The translations under genes were made by a program, and so were the position numbers. The notes beneath the pieces were generated by a model. That model was not told the origin of the DNA. It saw nothing but the letters and a program-made list of their open reading frames with translations, and searched no databases. From positions 38,318,001 to 38,382,000 of the forward strand of contig CM059432.1 in the NCBI GenBank assembly GCA_030390025.1: a DNA stretch of 64,000 nucleotides, in the 5' to 3' direction. Below are positions 35,257 to 49,623 of the stretch, piece after piece. Each line of letters begins with the position of its first letter. Position 1 is the stretch's first letter. This DNA is from Squalus acanthias (Eukaryota).

Positions 35257-35700
35257 CAAGAGATATGGAGCTAAGGCGGGTAAATGGAGTTGATATACAG
35301 ATCAGACATGATCTAATTGAATGACGGAGCAGACTCCAGGGGCTGAATGGCCTTCTCCTATGTTCCTTTGTTCTGAATATGTACTCCCAGCTTGGAGCTT
35401 TGCTTGCCAGGAATACATATCAGGAATTTGGGTGTGCTACACCCCCCAATTTTCTGGATTAAAACTAGTGATAAATGCTTGCTGGCTTTCCTAATATGCA
35501 CACATGACATCAAAGCTCCATGCTATAAGCACAAGTTCATAAAATTATCCATAGCGAGTTCAGCAAGTGTCATCAACTTTCGAGGCAAATATTATTCACC
35601 TCTCCAGGCCATAGGCTTATTGACTGTAAGTGTGCAGTAATTTGTGCACCTACCAACAATCCTAGTGCATGCCATTTATTCACAGAAAGTGAAAAATATC

Positions 35701-35820
35701 GGGGTAATTCCACAATGCGGTACTCTCAGTTGGCAGCTGCTCTTGCAGGGAGTGCGTTTCAGGAAAGCACAAGCCCACAGCCTTTAAATTTAATTGGATG
35801 GTGGCTTGGAGAATTACCCC
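35701..35820. repeat. 120-bp miniature inverted-repeat element
   Basis: Perfect 10-bp TIR GGGGTAATTC / GAATTACCCC; no clean TSD. Confidence 0.5.
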
Positions 35821-35919
35821 TTACAGCCTCAGGCGTTTTGAAAGAGTGTTGTGGGACGTAAAACATGTGCGCAGGGCTTTCCTAATTGGTGCCATAAAAG
35901 GAGTTTCTGCCGAAGTTAC

Positions 35920-36279
35920 CAGGGTTGCCAACTCTGGTTGAATGTATGCCTGGAGATTTCATCACATGACCTGCCCCCACACTCCTGCCATTGGTCGCCC
36001 AACACATCCATCCTCGCGGCTCACCCACGCCAATTGGAAAGCGAAAAGACTCTTCATTACCCGATTGGATGGTGCTTGACTGTCAGTCAAACCGTCTTTT
36101 TTCCCATCGCCAATATTTTTATAACTAATTATTAGAAATGTTCAAAGAAAATGAATACAGCCCAATATCTTTTTAATGCCCCAATGATTTTTCTCCTGGA
36201 TTTGCTCACAGCAGTGTCCCGGGGATTAATCTTCAATTCCTGGAGACTCCAGGCCAATCCTGGAGGGTTGGCAACCCTA
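35920..36279. mobile_element. Non-autonomous hAT-type element, 360 bp
   Basis: TIRs CAGGGTTGCCA / TGGCAACCCTA; 8-bp TSD GAAGTTAC at 35912-35919 and 36280-36287. Confidence 0.88.
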
Positions 36280-37151
36280 GAAGTTACGCTGGGTAACCGG
36301 AGAATCCCTGAGGAAATTCCAGCGGTGACCTTTAATTATTTTATTCTCCGCAAAGTACTTGTATTTTAAGCATGTTGTGATTCTAGATCAGAAAGCACTG
36401 CAAAATCAAAACCGAATGAAATGTCCTGCACTTCATAATTAAGACAAACAATACACAAACAAGCTCGAGTTACAAATATTCATTTCACAATGTACTTGCC
36501 ACCACAATCTCCAGAAACCAGAGACCAAAAATCAAATATGCATAAATATGTTGACTTGCATCATTTAATTCAATAACTTTCATATGGAATTTTATTTTTG
36601 TCTGTGCATGCATATTTGTGTGCCATTCCAAATGTCATTAGCCAGGAATCTTGATGCCACCGTGTTGATTAGCAAGGCCTCTTATTGGGCATTAAGTTAG
36701 CAAAGTTCTTTTTTAGCTCAGCCCACATCAGAATAGTTCATGACCACTTGATTCAATAAGGGTGATCCAAATTTTCAATCGGAATTAATGGTTTTGACTG
36801 ACTCATTTTCAAAATAAATTCTTGTGTTTGTTAACTTAGCTGAGAAAGGAAGTTCCGTAAACTAAACTGGAAACATTTCCTTGTTCTCCTAAAAAGGTAG
36901 CAGGACAAATTTTCCGGCATTCAGTGTGGTTGGCACTGGTGTTGATAGGGTGAGCAGTGGCCAGGAAATTGAGATGAGACCCATATCGCTGGGTCCCTGC
37001 CCAAATTTAGGCCAGACTAAAGTGCTAATTTTGCGTGAGAGTTTTTACTTAACATTGTAATATCTGCTAATTATTTTGAAATGAGGCTGGCCACAGTTCT
37101 CATAGGGAATGTGGTGTGTACTCACCTCACCCAGATAAAATAGGCCACAGT

Positions 37152-37483
37152 CCTACAACCCTCCGAGATCTCTCTGCTCCTCCAATTCTGGCCTCTTGCG
37201 CATCCCCGATTTTAATCGCTCCACCATTGGCAGCCATGCTTTCAGCTGCCTAGGCCTTAGACTCTGGAATTCCCTCCCTAAACCTCGACACCTCTCTACC
37301 TCTCTTTCCTCTTTTAAGACGCTCCTTAAAATCTACCTCTTTGACCAAGCTTATGGTCATCTGTCGTAATATCGCCTTATGTGGCTCGGTGTCAAATTTT
37401 GTTTGATAACACTCCTGTGAAGCACCTTGGGACGTTATACTACGTTAAAGGCGCTATGTAAATGCAAGTTGTTGTTGTTGTTG
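37152..37483 (+). mobile_element. L2-type LINE 3' end
   Basis: CTCTGGAATTCCCTCCCT...AAAGGCGCTATGTAAATGCAAG(TTG)n. Confidence 0.7.
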
Positions 37484-37699
37484 CTAAAGGCACATTCTGG
37501 GCTGCTCAGGAAGTGAATACTTAAAGCTGTGTCGTGTATTTTTCATTGCTGCAACCTAACTTCTTAAATAGGCATTGGATTATGTACTCCTCTCTATTTG
37601 AGCTTTTGGATGCAGAAGAAGAAGATGAAAGGAGAGAATCAAGGTAGGTTACTTTGCACCAGAGATGGACTCTCCGCACTTGTTTTTACCCGTGCAGCC

Positions 37700-38230
37700 A
37701 TGTCTGCAGACACATGCACACCTACCCGCCCAAGAACAACAGTCTTTACACACTTTTCTTCACCAGACGTGGGGTGACAAAAGTGTGCCGTTTGCAGAAA
37801 TCAGATCTGCAGCCAACCCCAACCACACGGACAGTACTACCATTGGCAGTCAAGGTCACCGCAGCCCTGAACTGTTAGGCCTCAGCCTCATTCTAAGCTA
37901 TATCGGGGAAGATCAGCAACATCAGTTAATCTGCTGTGCACAGATGCATCCAGCAGGTCACTGAGGTTATGTTCACCAAGCCAAAAACCTTCATCACTTT
38001 CCCCTTGTTAGCAGAGTAAGATGACATGGCAATTTTTCCACATTGAAAGATTTCCCCAAAGTCCAGAGTGTCACTGATGGTACCCTTCCTAGCCTATAAG
38101 CACAATCCCATAGCCTTTATGAACTGCAAGGGCTTCCACTCCGTCAATGTGCAGGTTGTCAGTGACTAGCAACATCGGTTGTTTCTCAGGCAATTATCAT
38201 GTTTCCTTCATTTTAAGGCAATCCTCTGTG
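37700..38230 (+). pseudogene. Old Harbinger transposase remnant
   Basis: FPKVQSVTDGT and MNCKGFHSVNVQVVSD at ~38050-38170. Confidence 0.65.
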
Positions 38231-38425
38231 CTTGAGTTTGCTCAAATTGAAATGAGCTAATTCAGTACAGACCAGGGTCAAACCTGGTTGATACTCTGTT
38301 TTACCTGAAATCGCAGAGAGTTCATTCTTGCTATTATCGAATCAATTGTGAACAAATCAGTGATCAGATGTCAATGTACTATTTTTTCTCCTTGTGTTTT
38401 TAAATCTACTTAAAAACCTTAAAAT

Positions 38426-38886
38426 GGGCAACACGGTGGCATAGTGGTTAGCACTGGTGCCTCACAGCGCCAGGGACCCGGGTTCGAATCTGGCCTCGGG
38501 TGACTGTCTGTGTGGAGTTTGCACATTCTCCCCGTGTCTGCGTGGGTTTCCTCCGGGTGCTCCGGTTTCCTCCCACAGTCCAAAAATGTGCGGGTTAGGT
38601 TGATTTGGCTATGATAAATTGACCCTTAGTGTTAGGGGGGGATTAAATATGTGGGGTTACGGGGATAGGATAGGAAGGGATATGTTAGGGGGAATTAAAT
38701 ACGTGGGGTTACGGGGATAGGGTGGGATATGTGTCGGTGCAGGCTCGATGGGGATTCTGTGTGAGAAAGCAGGGACAGGGTACTGGATTTGGATGATCAG
38801 CCATGATCGTATTGAATGGTGGAGCAGGCTCGACGGGCCGAATGGCCTACTCCTGCTCCTAGTTTCTATGTTTCTATGTTTCTATG
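38426..38886 (+). mobile_element. HE1-type V-SINE followed by a CR1-type tail
   Basis: A box TGGCATAGTGG, B box GGTTCGAATC, V-domain GTGTGGAGTTTGCAC..CTCCGGTTTCCTCCCAC; ~40-bp internal duplication; (TTTCTATG)n tail. Confidence 0.85.
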
Positions 38887-39453
38887 TATGCAGGGCAACC
38901 TTTACCTAAGGCAACTGTGTTATTCTAGTCATTTATAGCATTACACTATGTAGGCACCAATCAATTTGTTAGCTCATACTATGTCTTCCTGCATCTCCCA
39001 GTGGCTTCTGTATGGCAATTGTTGTCCAATAAATTGTCTTTTACAGTATCTGTTGTAATTTTGTGTTCCTATATTTATTATAAAGAACAGGCAGACTGAT
39101 AACTTAAATTAATTTCTATTATAGGAAACAAATTTGCAATCTCAACTATACGTTGGTTATGCTCATCTGGGTGAATGAAACCAACTTAGATTGTAAACTC
39201 AGTGACCAAGCTTAACATTCTTTGGTTTGGTGAAATGCAGATTAATGTAATGTACTCTTCCCCAATATATTCTTTCTGGGGTTGTGGGCATCGTTAGCAG
39301 GTGATAGATGAGCAAATCTGGTATATGTAAGTCTTTTTAACTCCTGAAGACATGTTACTATGTTAAATTATTAAACATCAAATTAATAGACCCAGTAGTG
39401 GCAATGAGATTGATAGCATGACCCAATCTCTAAATGAGACCCCAACAACACCC

Positions 39454-41790
39454 TTCCTCAGGGCAGTGTCCTAGGCCCAACCATCTTCAGCTGTTACATC
39501 AATGACCTTCCCTCCATAATAACGTCAGAAGTGGGGATGTTTGCTGATGATTGCACAGTGTTCAGTTCTGGAAAATTCTGGCCTATGTGTCTGGTCCAGT
39601 TAGGTTTTTGGTGAATGATGATGGTGGGGGATTCAGCGATGGTAATGCCGTTGAATGTCAAGGGGCGGTGGTTAGACTCTCGCTTGTTGGAGATGGTCAT
39701 TGCCTGGCACTTGTGAGGCGCGAATGTTACTTGCCACTTATCTGCCCATGCCTGAATATTGCCCAGGTCTTGTTGCATGCGGGCATGGACTGCTTCAATT
39801 TCTGAGGAGTTGTGAATGGAACTAAACACTGTGCAATCATCAGCAAACATCCCCACTTCTGACGTTATTATGGAGGGAAGGTCATTGATGAAACAGCTGA
39901 AGATGGTTGGGCCTAGAACACTGCCCTGAGGAACTCCTGCAGTGATGTCCTGGGGCTGAGATGATTGACCTCCAACAAGCACAACCATCTTCTTTTCTGC
40001 TAGGTATGACTCCAGCCAGTGGAGAGTTTTCCCCCTGATTCCCATTGACTTCAATTTTACTCAGGCTCCTTGATGCCACACTCGGTCAAATGCTGCTTTG
40101 ATATCAAGGGTAGTCACTCTCACCTTACCTCTGGAATTCAGCTCTTTTGTCCATGTTTGGACCAAGGCTGTAATGAGGTCTGGAGCTAAGTGGTCCTGGC
40201 GGAACTCAAACTGACCATCGGTGAGCAGGTTATTGGTGAGTAAGTGCCGCTTGATAGCACTGTTGATGACACCTTCCATCACTTTGCTGATGATTGAGAG
40301 TAGATTGATGGGGCAGTAATTGGCTAGATTGGATTTGTCCTGCTTTTTGTGGACAGGACATACCTGGGCAGTTTTCCACATTGTTGGGTAGATGCCAGTG
40401 TTGTAGCTGTACTGGAACAGCTTAGCTAGAGGCGCGGCTAGTTCTGGAGCACAAGTCTTCAGCACGATAGCCGGGATGTTGTCAGGGCCCATAGCCTTTG
40501 CTGTATCCAGTGCGCTCAGCCGTTTCTTGATATCACGTGGAGTGAATCGAATTGGCTGAAGACTGGCTTCTGTGATGGTGGTGATCTCAGGAGGAGGCCG
40601 AGATGGATCATCCACTCGGCACTTCTGGCTGAAGATGGTTGCAAACACCTCAGCCTTGTCTTTTGCACTCGCGTGCTGGACTCCGCCAACATTGAGGATT
40701 CGGATATTCATGGAGCCTCCTCCTCCTATTAGTTGTTTACTTGTCCACTACCATTCACAACTGGATGTGGTAGGACTGCAGAGCTTTGATCTGATCCGTT
40801 GATTCTGGGATCGCTTAGCTCTGTCTATAGCATGCTGCTTCTGCTTTTTAGCACATGTGCTGCAGTTTCCCCAGGTTGGCACCTCATTTTTAGGTACGCC
40901 TGGTGCTGCTCCTGGCATGCTCTTCTACACTCCTCATTGAACCAGGGTTGGTCCCCTGGCTTGATGGTAATGGTAGAGTGAGGGATATGCTGGGCCATGA
41001 TGTCACAGATTATGGTGGAGTACAATTCTGCTGCAGTTGATGGCCCACAGCGCCTCATGCATGCCCACTTTTGAGCTACTAGATCTGTTCTGAATCTATC
41101 CCATTTAGCATGGTGGTAGTGCCACACAACACGATGGAGGGTGTCCTCAATGTGAAGACGGGACTTTGTCTCCACAAGGACTGCGCGGTGGTCACTGCTG
41201 CCAACACTGTCATGGACAGATGCATTTGCAACAGGTAGATTGGTGAGGACGAGGCCAAGTAGTTTTTTTTCCTTGTGTTGGTTCTCTCACCGCTGCTGCA
41301 GGCCCAGTCTGGCAGCTATGTCCTTCAGGACTCGGTCAGTAGTGGTGCTACCGAGCCACTCTTGGTGATGGACATTGAAGTCTCCCACCCAGAGTACATT
41401 CTGTGCCCTTGCTACCCTCAGTGCTTCTTCCAAGTGCTGTTAAACATGGAGGAGTACTGATTCATCAGCAGAGGGATGGTGTTAGGTGGTAATCAGCAGG
41501 AGGTTTCCTTGCCCATGCTTGACCTGAAGCCACGAGACTTGATGTGGTCCGGAGTGAATGTTGATTACTCCCAGGGCCACTCCCTCCAGCCTCTATACCA
41601 CTGTGCCGCCACCTCTGGTGGGTCTGTCCTGCTGGTGGGACAGGACATTCCCAGGGATGGTGATGGAGGAGTCTGGGACATTGGCTGAAAGGTATGATTC
41701 TGTGAGTATGACTATGTCAGGCTATTGCTTGACTAGTCTGTGGGACAGCTCTCCCAATTTAAGCACAAGTCCCCAGATGTTAGTGAGAGG
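39454..41790 (-). mobile_element. CR1-group LINE, second family (endonuclease remnant plus RT), 3' end broken
   Basis: [41 protein letters not shown]. Confidence 0.88.
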
Positions 41791-41864
41791 ACTTTGCATT
41801 GAGCAGGGTGTGAGACTAATGGTGCAGTTGGTGGGAGACGGCTTTGGAAGGTGAATTCATTGAT

Positions 41865-42095
41865 CTTGACCACTCGTGTGAGGTCATTAAACTTCTTTCG
41901 GCTCAGATCCAGGTGCTTGGGGCAAGACTGCTGGCAGTGACCACTTCAGCTATCTGCTCCCACTGCCTTCTGACTGTGTGTCCTCCTAGCCCCCTATGGG
42001 TAGAGGACCTGCCTCCTCCATTCTACCCTCTGCACGAAGGCCTCTAGTGCTGCATCGAAGAACCTTGGAGCCCTTTCTCTGTTCTACTGAGCCAT
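41865..42095 (-). pseudogene. Harbinger Myb/SANT remnant
   Basis: Manual translation RERAPRFFDAALEAFVQRVEWRRQVLYP*...WEQIAEVV...RKKFNDL. Confidence 0.75.
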
Positions 42096-44344
42096 TACTG
42101 AGTAACAGTTACCTTGACAAGCACTCCCAGCTGCTGCTGAATGCAGAATGCACCTCAGCTTTAAGAGGTGCAGACTGTCTTTAAAAGCAGAGGTTAGCTT
42201 TAAATAGAGCTAGCCTTGCACAAACTTTGCCCCCCTGCTGCATGCTCAGCGCTGGGCTGCACACATCAATTATTTAAATGAGCAGGTAGCACGAATGTCG
42301 TGTTTTCACGAATACTAGACCTTTCCAGGGAAAGATTCTGGAATTTCTATTCTCTGGCACCTGGGTAAACCAAGCAAATCTCCAAAATACCTACCTAATC
42401 TTACATCCTGTGTTATATATCCTAGGCCAATTTCCTTTCCTCGCATAACATCTCCATGGCTTCAGCAGCTGAGGAACCATGATATTCCACACTGCATTTG
42501 ATTATCTCTATCTGTATTTATCCTTCAACCCTGTGACAGCTTACACCAACCTAACTTGTCACTAATAGTACTGGCAGCCATCTGCAGTATCTAAGATGGT
42601 GGTTGACAGTGACTCGGAGAAATACTGCTACCTTTGGAGACGCTAATATCAGAAAGATCTTCAAACAGAAATGCCACCATTTTGCATATTAGCCTTTTTT
42701 TTCAGTGAGGTGTTTCTGCCCTACCTAAAGAAACATCTGAAGTCAATGTAGTTTTTGGAGACAGAAACAAGAGTAGACAGGAAATTAAGCACTGATCCAC
42801 CATCACATGTTACAGATGAATCAGTCAGCTGCATCTGCCATGGATCTGTGCGGGTCAATGAGTTTCTGTTACAGCCTGCGTAATGAAATGACACATCAGT
42901 AGATCTTTTGATGACTCAATTTATGTTGCGTTCATCTGATGCTTCTACGTCAATGTTCGTTAAAGCTGCTTTTTGTAAATTAAGGTCAATAATGATATCA
43001 CTGTTTTCTTTCCAGCCTTGGCGTGATCTTGTGATTGGTACAACTTTCAGTTCCACGACAAACTGGAGACATTCATTGTCTAGCTGCTTATGTTGAGAAG
43101 CCTCACGTTATTAATTACGTTCACAGGATCTTTAGTACTTAGCGGAAGTCTATTTGTGGAACAGAGCATAACGAGATAACATGTTACAGCAACATTTAAA
43201 CACGAGTCCTAAAGATTGTGAAACCACGTTAAACTCCACTTTTTCCCGTATATTTACAAATGACTTTTCTGGTAAACTTTGTGTGTCAAGGTCACTCTAT
43301 TACTAAATAATGTTACCTATTCCAAAGATGGGCAATGTCAGACAAATAAAGCAAGGTCAGTGTTGCTCACAAATAATCGATTGAATCACCCCTTGGCTGA
43401 AAATAATGAAATTATGCATTGAATTCAGTTAATTGCAGTAAAGCATATTTTTCTATGCAGCATTATAACAAACCACAATGCTCCCTTAGTTCTTAGGCAT
43501 CGGGCTTTATTATAGTCCACCATCATTAACTAACACTAATTACTCTGCAGGTCATATGACAAAATAATCTAGACTCCTCTAAATGAACAAACTCACTACG
43601 TGATAGTGTATTACCTGGAACAAAAACAAATTACCGTGGATGCTGGAAATCTGACCTGGATTGTTTTAAGAGTTGTCCCCACCCCTCCCCACTAGACAAA
43701 TTAAAAGGACAACCCCTTTCCCATTTACTGTATAAATTGCTGTTTTGTACTCAAAGATAGTTAGATCAGGATTTCAAAGTAAATGATTTAGGCAGCTCAT
43801 CTTCAAAATTGAAACCTTTTATCCGCAAAAATAATACCTGCCTTTATATAATGGCTTATAACATTGTGGCAGTGTCTCAAAGGTCTTTCTACAGTGAATA
43901 GCAGATGAAGTTTCAGAAAGTACAACTACAATTCTAAGGGGTCGATTTTAACTTGTATCACCTGGTGTTAACAGTACGGTAATGGCCTCAAAATGAGGTC
44001 AGTAGCCTTATCACCCCATAAACCCTGATGATGCATCTGCCGTCATTTTGGTACGGGTCTACCGTTGAGCGCCCGAAGCACAGCCTGTTTCAGTAGGCCC
44101 ATTTGGATATGCATGTCGGGGTCCTAGGAGTCCGATTGCCAGTTTAGTTGGAACTGGTCAGAGCATGTGGCGTGCAGGCTCCGATCATTTTTATGGGCTA
44201 CAGAGGAGATGAGGCCCAACCAAGTTTGATATTATTTTTGTGGGGCCAGGAGGAGCAGGAGACCTCCTTCAGACCCCATGAAGATAATCTGAGAAGTTGC
44301 CACTTATGTGAGATGGACCACGTAAAGGTAGGAAATTTGAAGTA

Positions 44345-44545
44345 TAGTTAATGAAATTCTCTAAATTAGGGTGAATGCAGGAGCAGCACCAACACAGTCA
44401 TCGATGTAATAGAAAAAGAGGTCTGGGAGAGCATCTGAGTAGGACTGGAACAAAGAGGCAGCCCTAGCTAGGACCCATGTTGATTCCCATAATGACATGT
44501 TCTATCTGTAGGAAGTGAGTGAAGTTGAAGGAAAATTTGTTCAAA
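44345..44545 (-). mobile_element. Penelope-like RT fragment
   Basis: Similar to 16670-16890 (YIDDCVGA-type motif). Confidence 0.65.
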
Positions 44546-45548
44546 AATAAGAAGGGAATGGTGCAGCAGTGAAGGAATAGCAGCCTTGGTTCAGGCCCGG
44601 CTGACTGACTAACTCCAGAAGTAATGTCCAAGCATCAAAGTGCCTCATAAACATTTATCTCTGACCAAACCACTATCATCAATTCCCTTCAATAACAGTA
44701 GAAAAAAGTGATGCAGCTATCAGTAAGACAGAAATAGAATCCATGTGGATAGAGATAAAAGATAATAAAGGATCAATCACACTAATAGGGGTAGTCTACA
44801 GACCACCTAATAGTGGAAGGGAGGTGGAGGAAGAAATATGCAAAGAAATTAGGGAAATGAGTAAAAAATACAGAATAATAATTGAGGGGATTTCAACTAC
44901 CCCGAAATTAATTAGCCAGAAAAGGTAGGTAAAGGGGATAAGGGAATGGAGTTCCTACAATGTCTACAGGACTCCTTTCGAACCCAATATGTAAGAAACC
45001 CAACAAGGGAGGATTCGCTACTGGATCTGGTAATGGGGAATGAACCAGAGCAGATAAGAGAAAAGTAGGGGAATATCTAGGCAATAGTGACCATAATATA
45101 ATATGCTTTAAGATAATAATTGAGAAGGACATAAGTATGACGAAGACCAGGGTAATAGTTTGGAGAAAAGTCGATTTTGAGGGGCTGAGAATAGAACTTG
45201 GGAAATAAAATGGACAACAATATTGGCAAACAATGATGTAGAACAGCAATGGGTAACATTTAAAATGGTGTTCAACAGAGTCCAGGAAAAATATATTCCG
45301 CTTAAAAAAAGACAAGAGCAAGCCAAACACTTGAGACACCATGGATGAATAAAGACATTAGGGAAAAATTAAGGTTAAGGAAAGAGGCATACACTAAGTA
45401 CATGGACAGCAGGGGAAAGCATGACAAGGGAGAATATGAAGAGATTATGAGAGAAATCAAAAAAAAAATAGAAAGGCAAAGGGGAACTATGAACTTAAAT
45501 TATCAAGGAACATAGAACAAAATAGTAATATATTCTACAGGCATATAA

Positions 45549-46563
45549 TTTTTTTTTTAATTCATTCATGGAATCTGGGCATCGCTGGCAAGTCCAGCAT
45601 TTATTGCCCATCCCTAATTACCGTTGAGAATGTGGTGGTGAGCCACCTTCTTGAACCGCTGCAGTGCGTGTGGTAAAGGTACTCCCATTGCTGTTAGGGA
45701 GAGAGTTCCCTGATTTTGACCCAGCGACGATGAAGGAACGGCAATATATTTCCAAGTCAGGATGGTGTGTGACTTGGAGGGGAACTTGGAGGTGGTGGTG
45801 TTCCCATATGCCTGCTGCCCTTGTCCTTCTAGGTGGTAGAGGTTGCGGGTTTGGGAGGTGCTGCCGAAGAAGCCTTGACGAGTTGCTGCAGTGCATCTTG
45901 TAGATGGTATACACTGCAGCCACGGTACGCCGGGGGTGGAGGGAATGAATGTTTAAAGTGGTGGATGGGATGCCAATCAAGTGGGCTGCTTTGTCCTGGA
46001 TGGTGTCGAGCTTCTTGAGTGATGTTGGAGTTGCACTCATCCAGGCAAGTGGAGAGTATTCCATTACACTCCTTACTTGTGCCTTGTAGATGGTGGAAAG
46101 GCTTTGGTGAGTCAGGAGGTGAGACACTCGCTGCAGAATACCTAGCCTCTGACCTGCTCTTGTAGCCACAGTATTTATGTGGCTGGTCCAGTTAAGTTTC
46201 TGGTCAATGGTGACCCCCAGGATGTTGGTGGGGGATTCGGCGATGGTAATGCCGTTGAATGTCAAGGGGCGGTGGTTAGACTCTCGCTTGTTTGAGATAG
46301 TCACTGCCTGGCATTTGTGTGGCGTGAATGTTACTTGCCACTTATCAGCCCAAGCCTGAATGTCATTCAGGTCAAGTTGCATGCGGGCATGGACTGCTTC
46401 ATTATCTGAGGAGTTGCGAATGGCACTGAACACTGTGCAGTCATCGGCGAACATCCCCATTTCTGACCTTATATTGGAGTGAAGGTCATTGATGAAGCAG
46501 CTGAAGATGGTTGGGCCTAGGACACTGCCCTGATGAACTCCTGCAGTGATGTCCTGGGGCTGT
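45549..46563 (-). mobile_element. Second-family LINE 3' end with poly(A), inserted in a CR1
   Basis: ORF 45618-46604 (QGSVLGP, FADD, AQVRSVMEYSPLAW); T-run at 45549-45558. Confidence 0.88.
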
Positions 46564-48539
46564 GATGATAAATAAAAAAAAAGTTGGGATAGGAATGGGG
46601 CCACTAAGGGATGGTCAGGATCAAATCACAGGCAGCAATAGCGAAATGGCAGAAATATTAAATAAATACTTTGCTTCAGTATTTACCAGGGAGACAGATC
46701 AGGTGGACATGACATCGGAAGATGAGATTAGGAATGATGTAACTGTATTTAAAATAAAAAGAGGAGAAATATTAAATAAACTAATCAAACTCAAAGAGGA
46801 TAAAACCGCTGGTCCGGACGGATTACATCCGTGCATTTTAAAAGAATCTAGAGAAGAAATAGCAGAGGCATTACTTACACATATTTAAAAATTCGTTAGA
46901 AAAAGGTGTAGTGCCAGAGGACTGGTGGATAGAAAATGTAATACCTATATTTAAGAAGGGAGATAGAACATGTTCGGGGAACTATAGACTAGTCAGTTTA
47001 ACATCGGTGGTAGAAAAAATAATGGAATCCCCACTAAAGTAAAAAATAGAAGGACATCTAGAAACCAAAAAATAATAATGAATAGTCAGCATGGTTTTCA
47101 AAAGGGAAAGTCTTGCTTGACCAACCTCATTGAATTCTTTGAAGAGGTAATAGAGAGAGTAGACAAGGGTAATGTAGTAGATGTCATTTATCTAGATTTC
47201 CAAAAGGCCTTCGATAAGATACCACATAATAGACTAATGAATAAGGTCATAGAATGTGGCATCAGGGGACAAGTAGCAGAATGCATAGCTAGCTGGCTTC
47301 AAGACAGAAAGCAGAGAGTAGGAGTAAAGGGTAGCTATTCAGAGTGGCAGAAGGTAGAAAGTGTGGTCCCACAAGGATCAATGTTGTTCACAATTTATAT
47401 TAACGATTTAGACTTTGGAATCAAAAACACATATCCTAAATTTGCGGATGACACCAAATTCGGGGGGGGTAGTCAATACTGAGGAGGACTGCAACAAATT
47501 ACAAGAAGACATTAATAAACTTCCAGAATGGGCATATAATTGGCAAATGAATTTCAAAACAGTTAAATGTGAGGTATTACATTTTGCTAAGAAAAATAAG
47601 GAGGTCTCATATTACTTGGAAAATAAGAATCTAAATGGTGTAGAAAAGCAAACCAGGCACTAGGGTTTATCCCTAGAGGGATAGAATTGAAAAGCAGAGG
47701 CGTTATGCTAAACCTATATTGAACCTTGATGGATCTGGTGCTGGGGAATGAGGTGGGCCAGGTCGACCAAGTGTCTGTGGGAGAACACTTGGGTACCAGT
47801 GATCATCACATCATAAGATTTAGATTAGCAATGGAGAGGAGCAAGGAACAATCTAGAGTGGAACTTCTAAACAGGAATAGGGCTAACTTCAATGGGATGC
47901 GAAAGGATCTAGCCAGAGTAAAATGGAACCAAAGACTGACAGGAAAAACTGTAACGGAACAATGGGTGATCTTTAAGGAGGAGATGTTCCAAGTACAGGC
48001 TAGGTACATTCCAAAAAGAGGGAAGGGTAAGGGAACCAAAGCAAGGGCTCCTTGGATGACGAGGGAGATAGAGAAGATGATGAAACAAAAAAAAGAGGGT
48101 GTATGATGAATGTCAGGTGAATTCTTCAAGGGAGAACCAGACAAAATACAATAAGTTGAGAGGGCATGTGAAGATGAAAATAAGATTGGCAGAGAGAGAA
48201 TATGAGAGTAGAATGGTGGTTAACATAAAAGGGAACCCAAAAATCTTCTACCGGCATGTAAACAGTAAGCGGGTAGTAAGAGGGGTGTGGGGCCTATTAG
48301 AGACAAAGAAGGTGATATATGCTTAGAGGCGCAGGGCAAGGCTAGAATACTCAATGAGTACTTTGTATCGGTGTTTACTAAGGCGGTGGATGCTGACAAA
48401 ATATCGATAGAAGTGAAAAAGTTAGAAGCAATGGAAGGGGTGAAAATTGATAGATAGGATGTACTAGAAAAGCTGGGTATGCTTAGAGTGGACAAGTCGC
48501 CTGGTCCAGATGGCTTGCATCCGAGGTTGCTAAGGGAAT

Positions 48540-49623
48540 TGGCTCTGCTCATGTTAGCGATGGACTCCTCCTTCCGCTCCACAATCGCAGAGATCCTGGA
48601 GACAACACCTGCCAGAGACTCCTGCACCTGTTCCTGGAGTCCCAGCACCGCTCTACTTCTGGATGGACCCGGAGGCACAGGGTCGACATGCAGCTGAGCC
48701 GAGCTGGGAGCACCCTGCGCCCTCCGACGAGGACTCTCCACTGCTGTCCCTGTCTCCACCATCTGCTGATGCTCACTTGTGAGCTGTGATACACCAGGTG
48801 ACAACACTACTCTACCTCCCGAAGGTCCCACCGAGGTGTGAGTGTCTGCGCTGGTGCTGGGTGCAATTAATTCTGCTAACGCTGCACCCTCAGAGGTTGC
48901 AGCTTCCTCTGAGGAGTCTTCTGGCTCAGGCTCTTCCTCCTGGACAGTGGGGAGGGGGGCTGTCAATGGTCCTGTGGGGGAGTAAAGAAAAGAGTTCAAC
49001 ATGTGGGATAAACGTTGCATGCACATGGAATTGTGCAGATGATCATAAGTCAATCTGTAAGAGCATCAGAATCAATATCAGTCACTCATGCAATGTCAGT
49101 GAGAGAGATGAAAAACAATTCTGTCACCAACTTGCTCTGTGCGGAGAAGGTCATGAAACCTCTTTCTGCACTGCAGCCAGGTTCTGCTGCACATTGAGAT
49201 GGCATTCACCTCCTGTGCCACTTGTAGCCACACAGCTTTTTCCTGCCAGATGAAGAAAACAACACTTCCTTCTGAGCTCTTGCTCCCTCCACCAGAGCTT
49301 GGAGGGAGTCCTCATCAAAGCGGGGTGTGCACTTGGGCCTTGAGCTTGCCATGTTTGCACCACTAATCCCTCAGAAGTCTCAGCAAAAAAGTTGTAAGGC
49401 ACAAAATGAACCAAGGCTGCTTGCAGGCCTTAAATGCTGCTGCATAGATGACGTCATCAGAGGCGAGTTTCAGGACCAAAAGACTCATTGGGCCAGGGGT
49501 TCCCAAACGCTGGAAATCAAGTGCCCAATTAGGGCAAAATCACTCAATTGTCCTGCCTCACATCGGAGGCAGGGGCGGGACCCGCCGACCACCTGACCCG
49601 CCCACAATGACAAAATCCAGCCC
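48540..49623 (-). mobile_element. One-ended Harbinger fragment (Myb remnants plus TIR) within a CR1
   Basis: Similar to 55320-55450 and 56105-56410; ends in AAAATCCAGCCC. Confidence 0.75.

Noticed and set aside
42900..43160. Possible terminal exon on minus (acceptor near 43150)
   Set aside because: Short frames and no recognisable protein.
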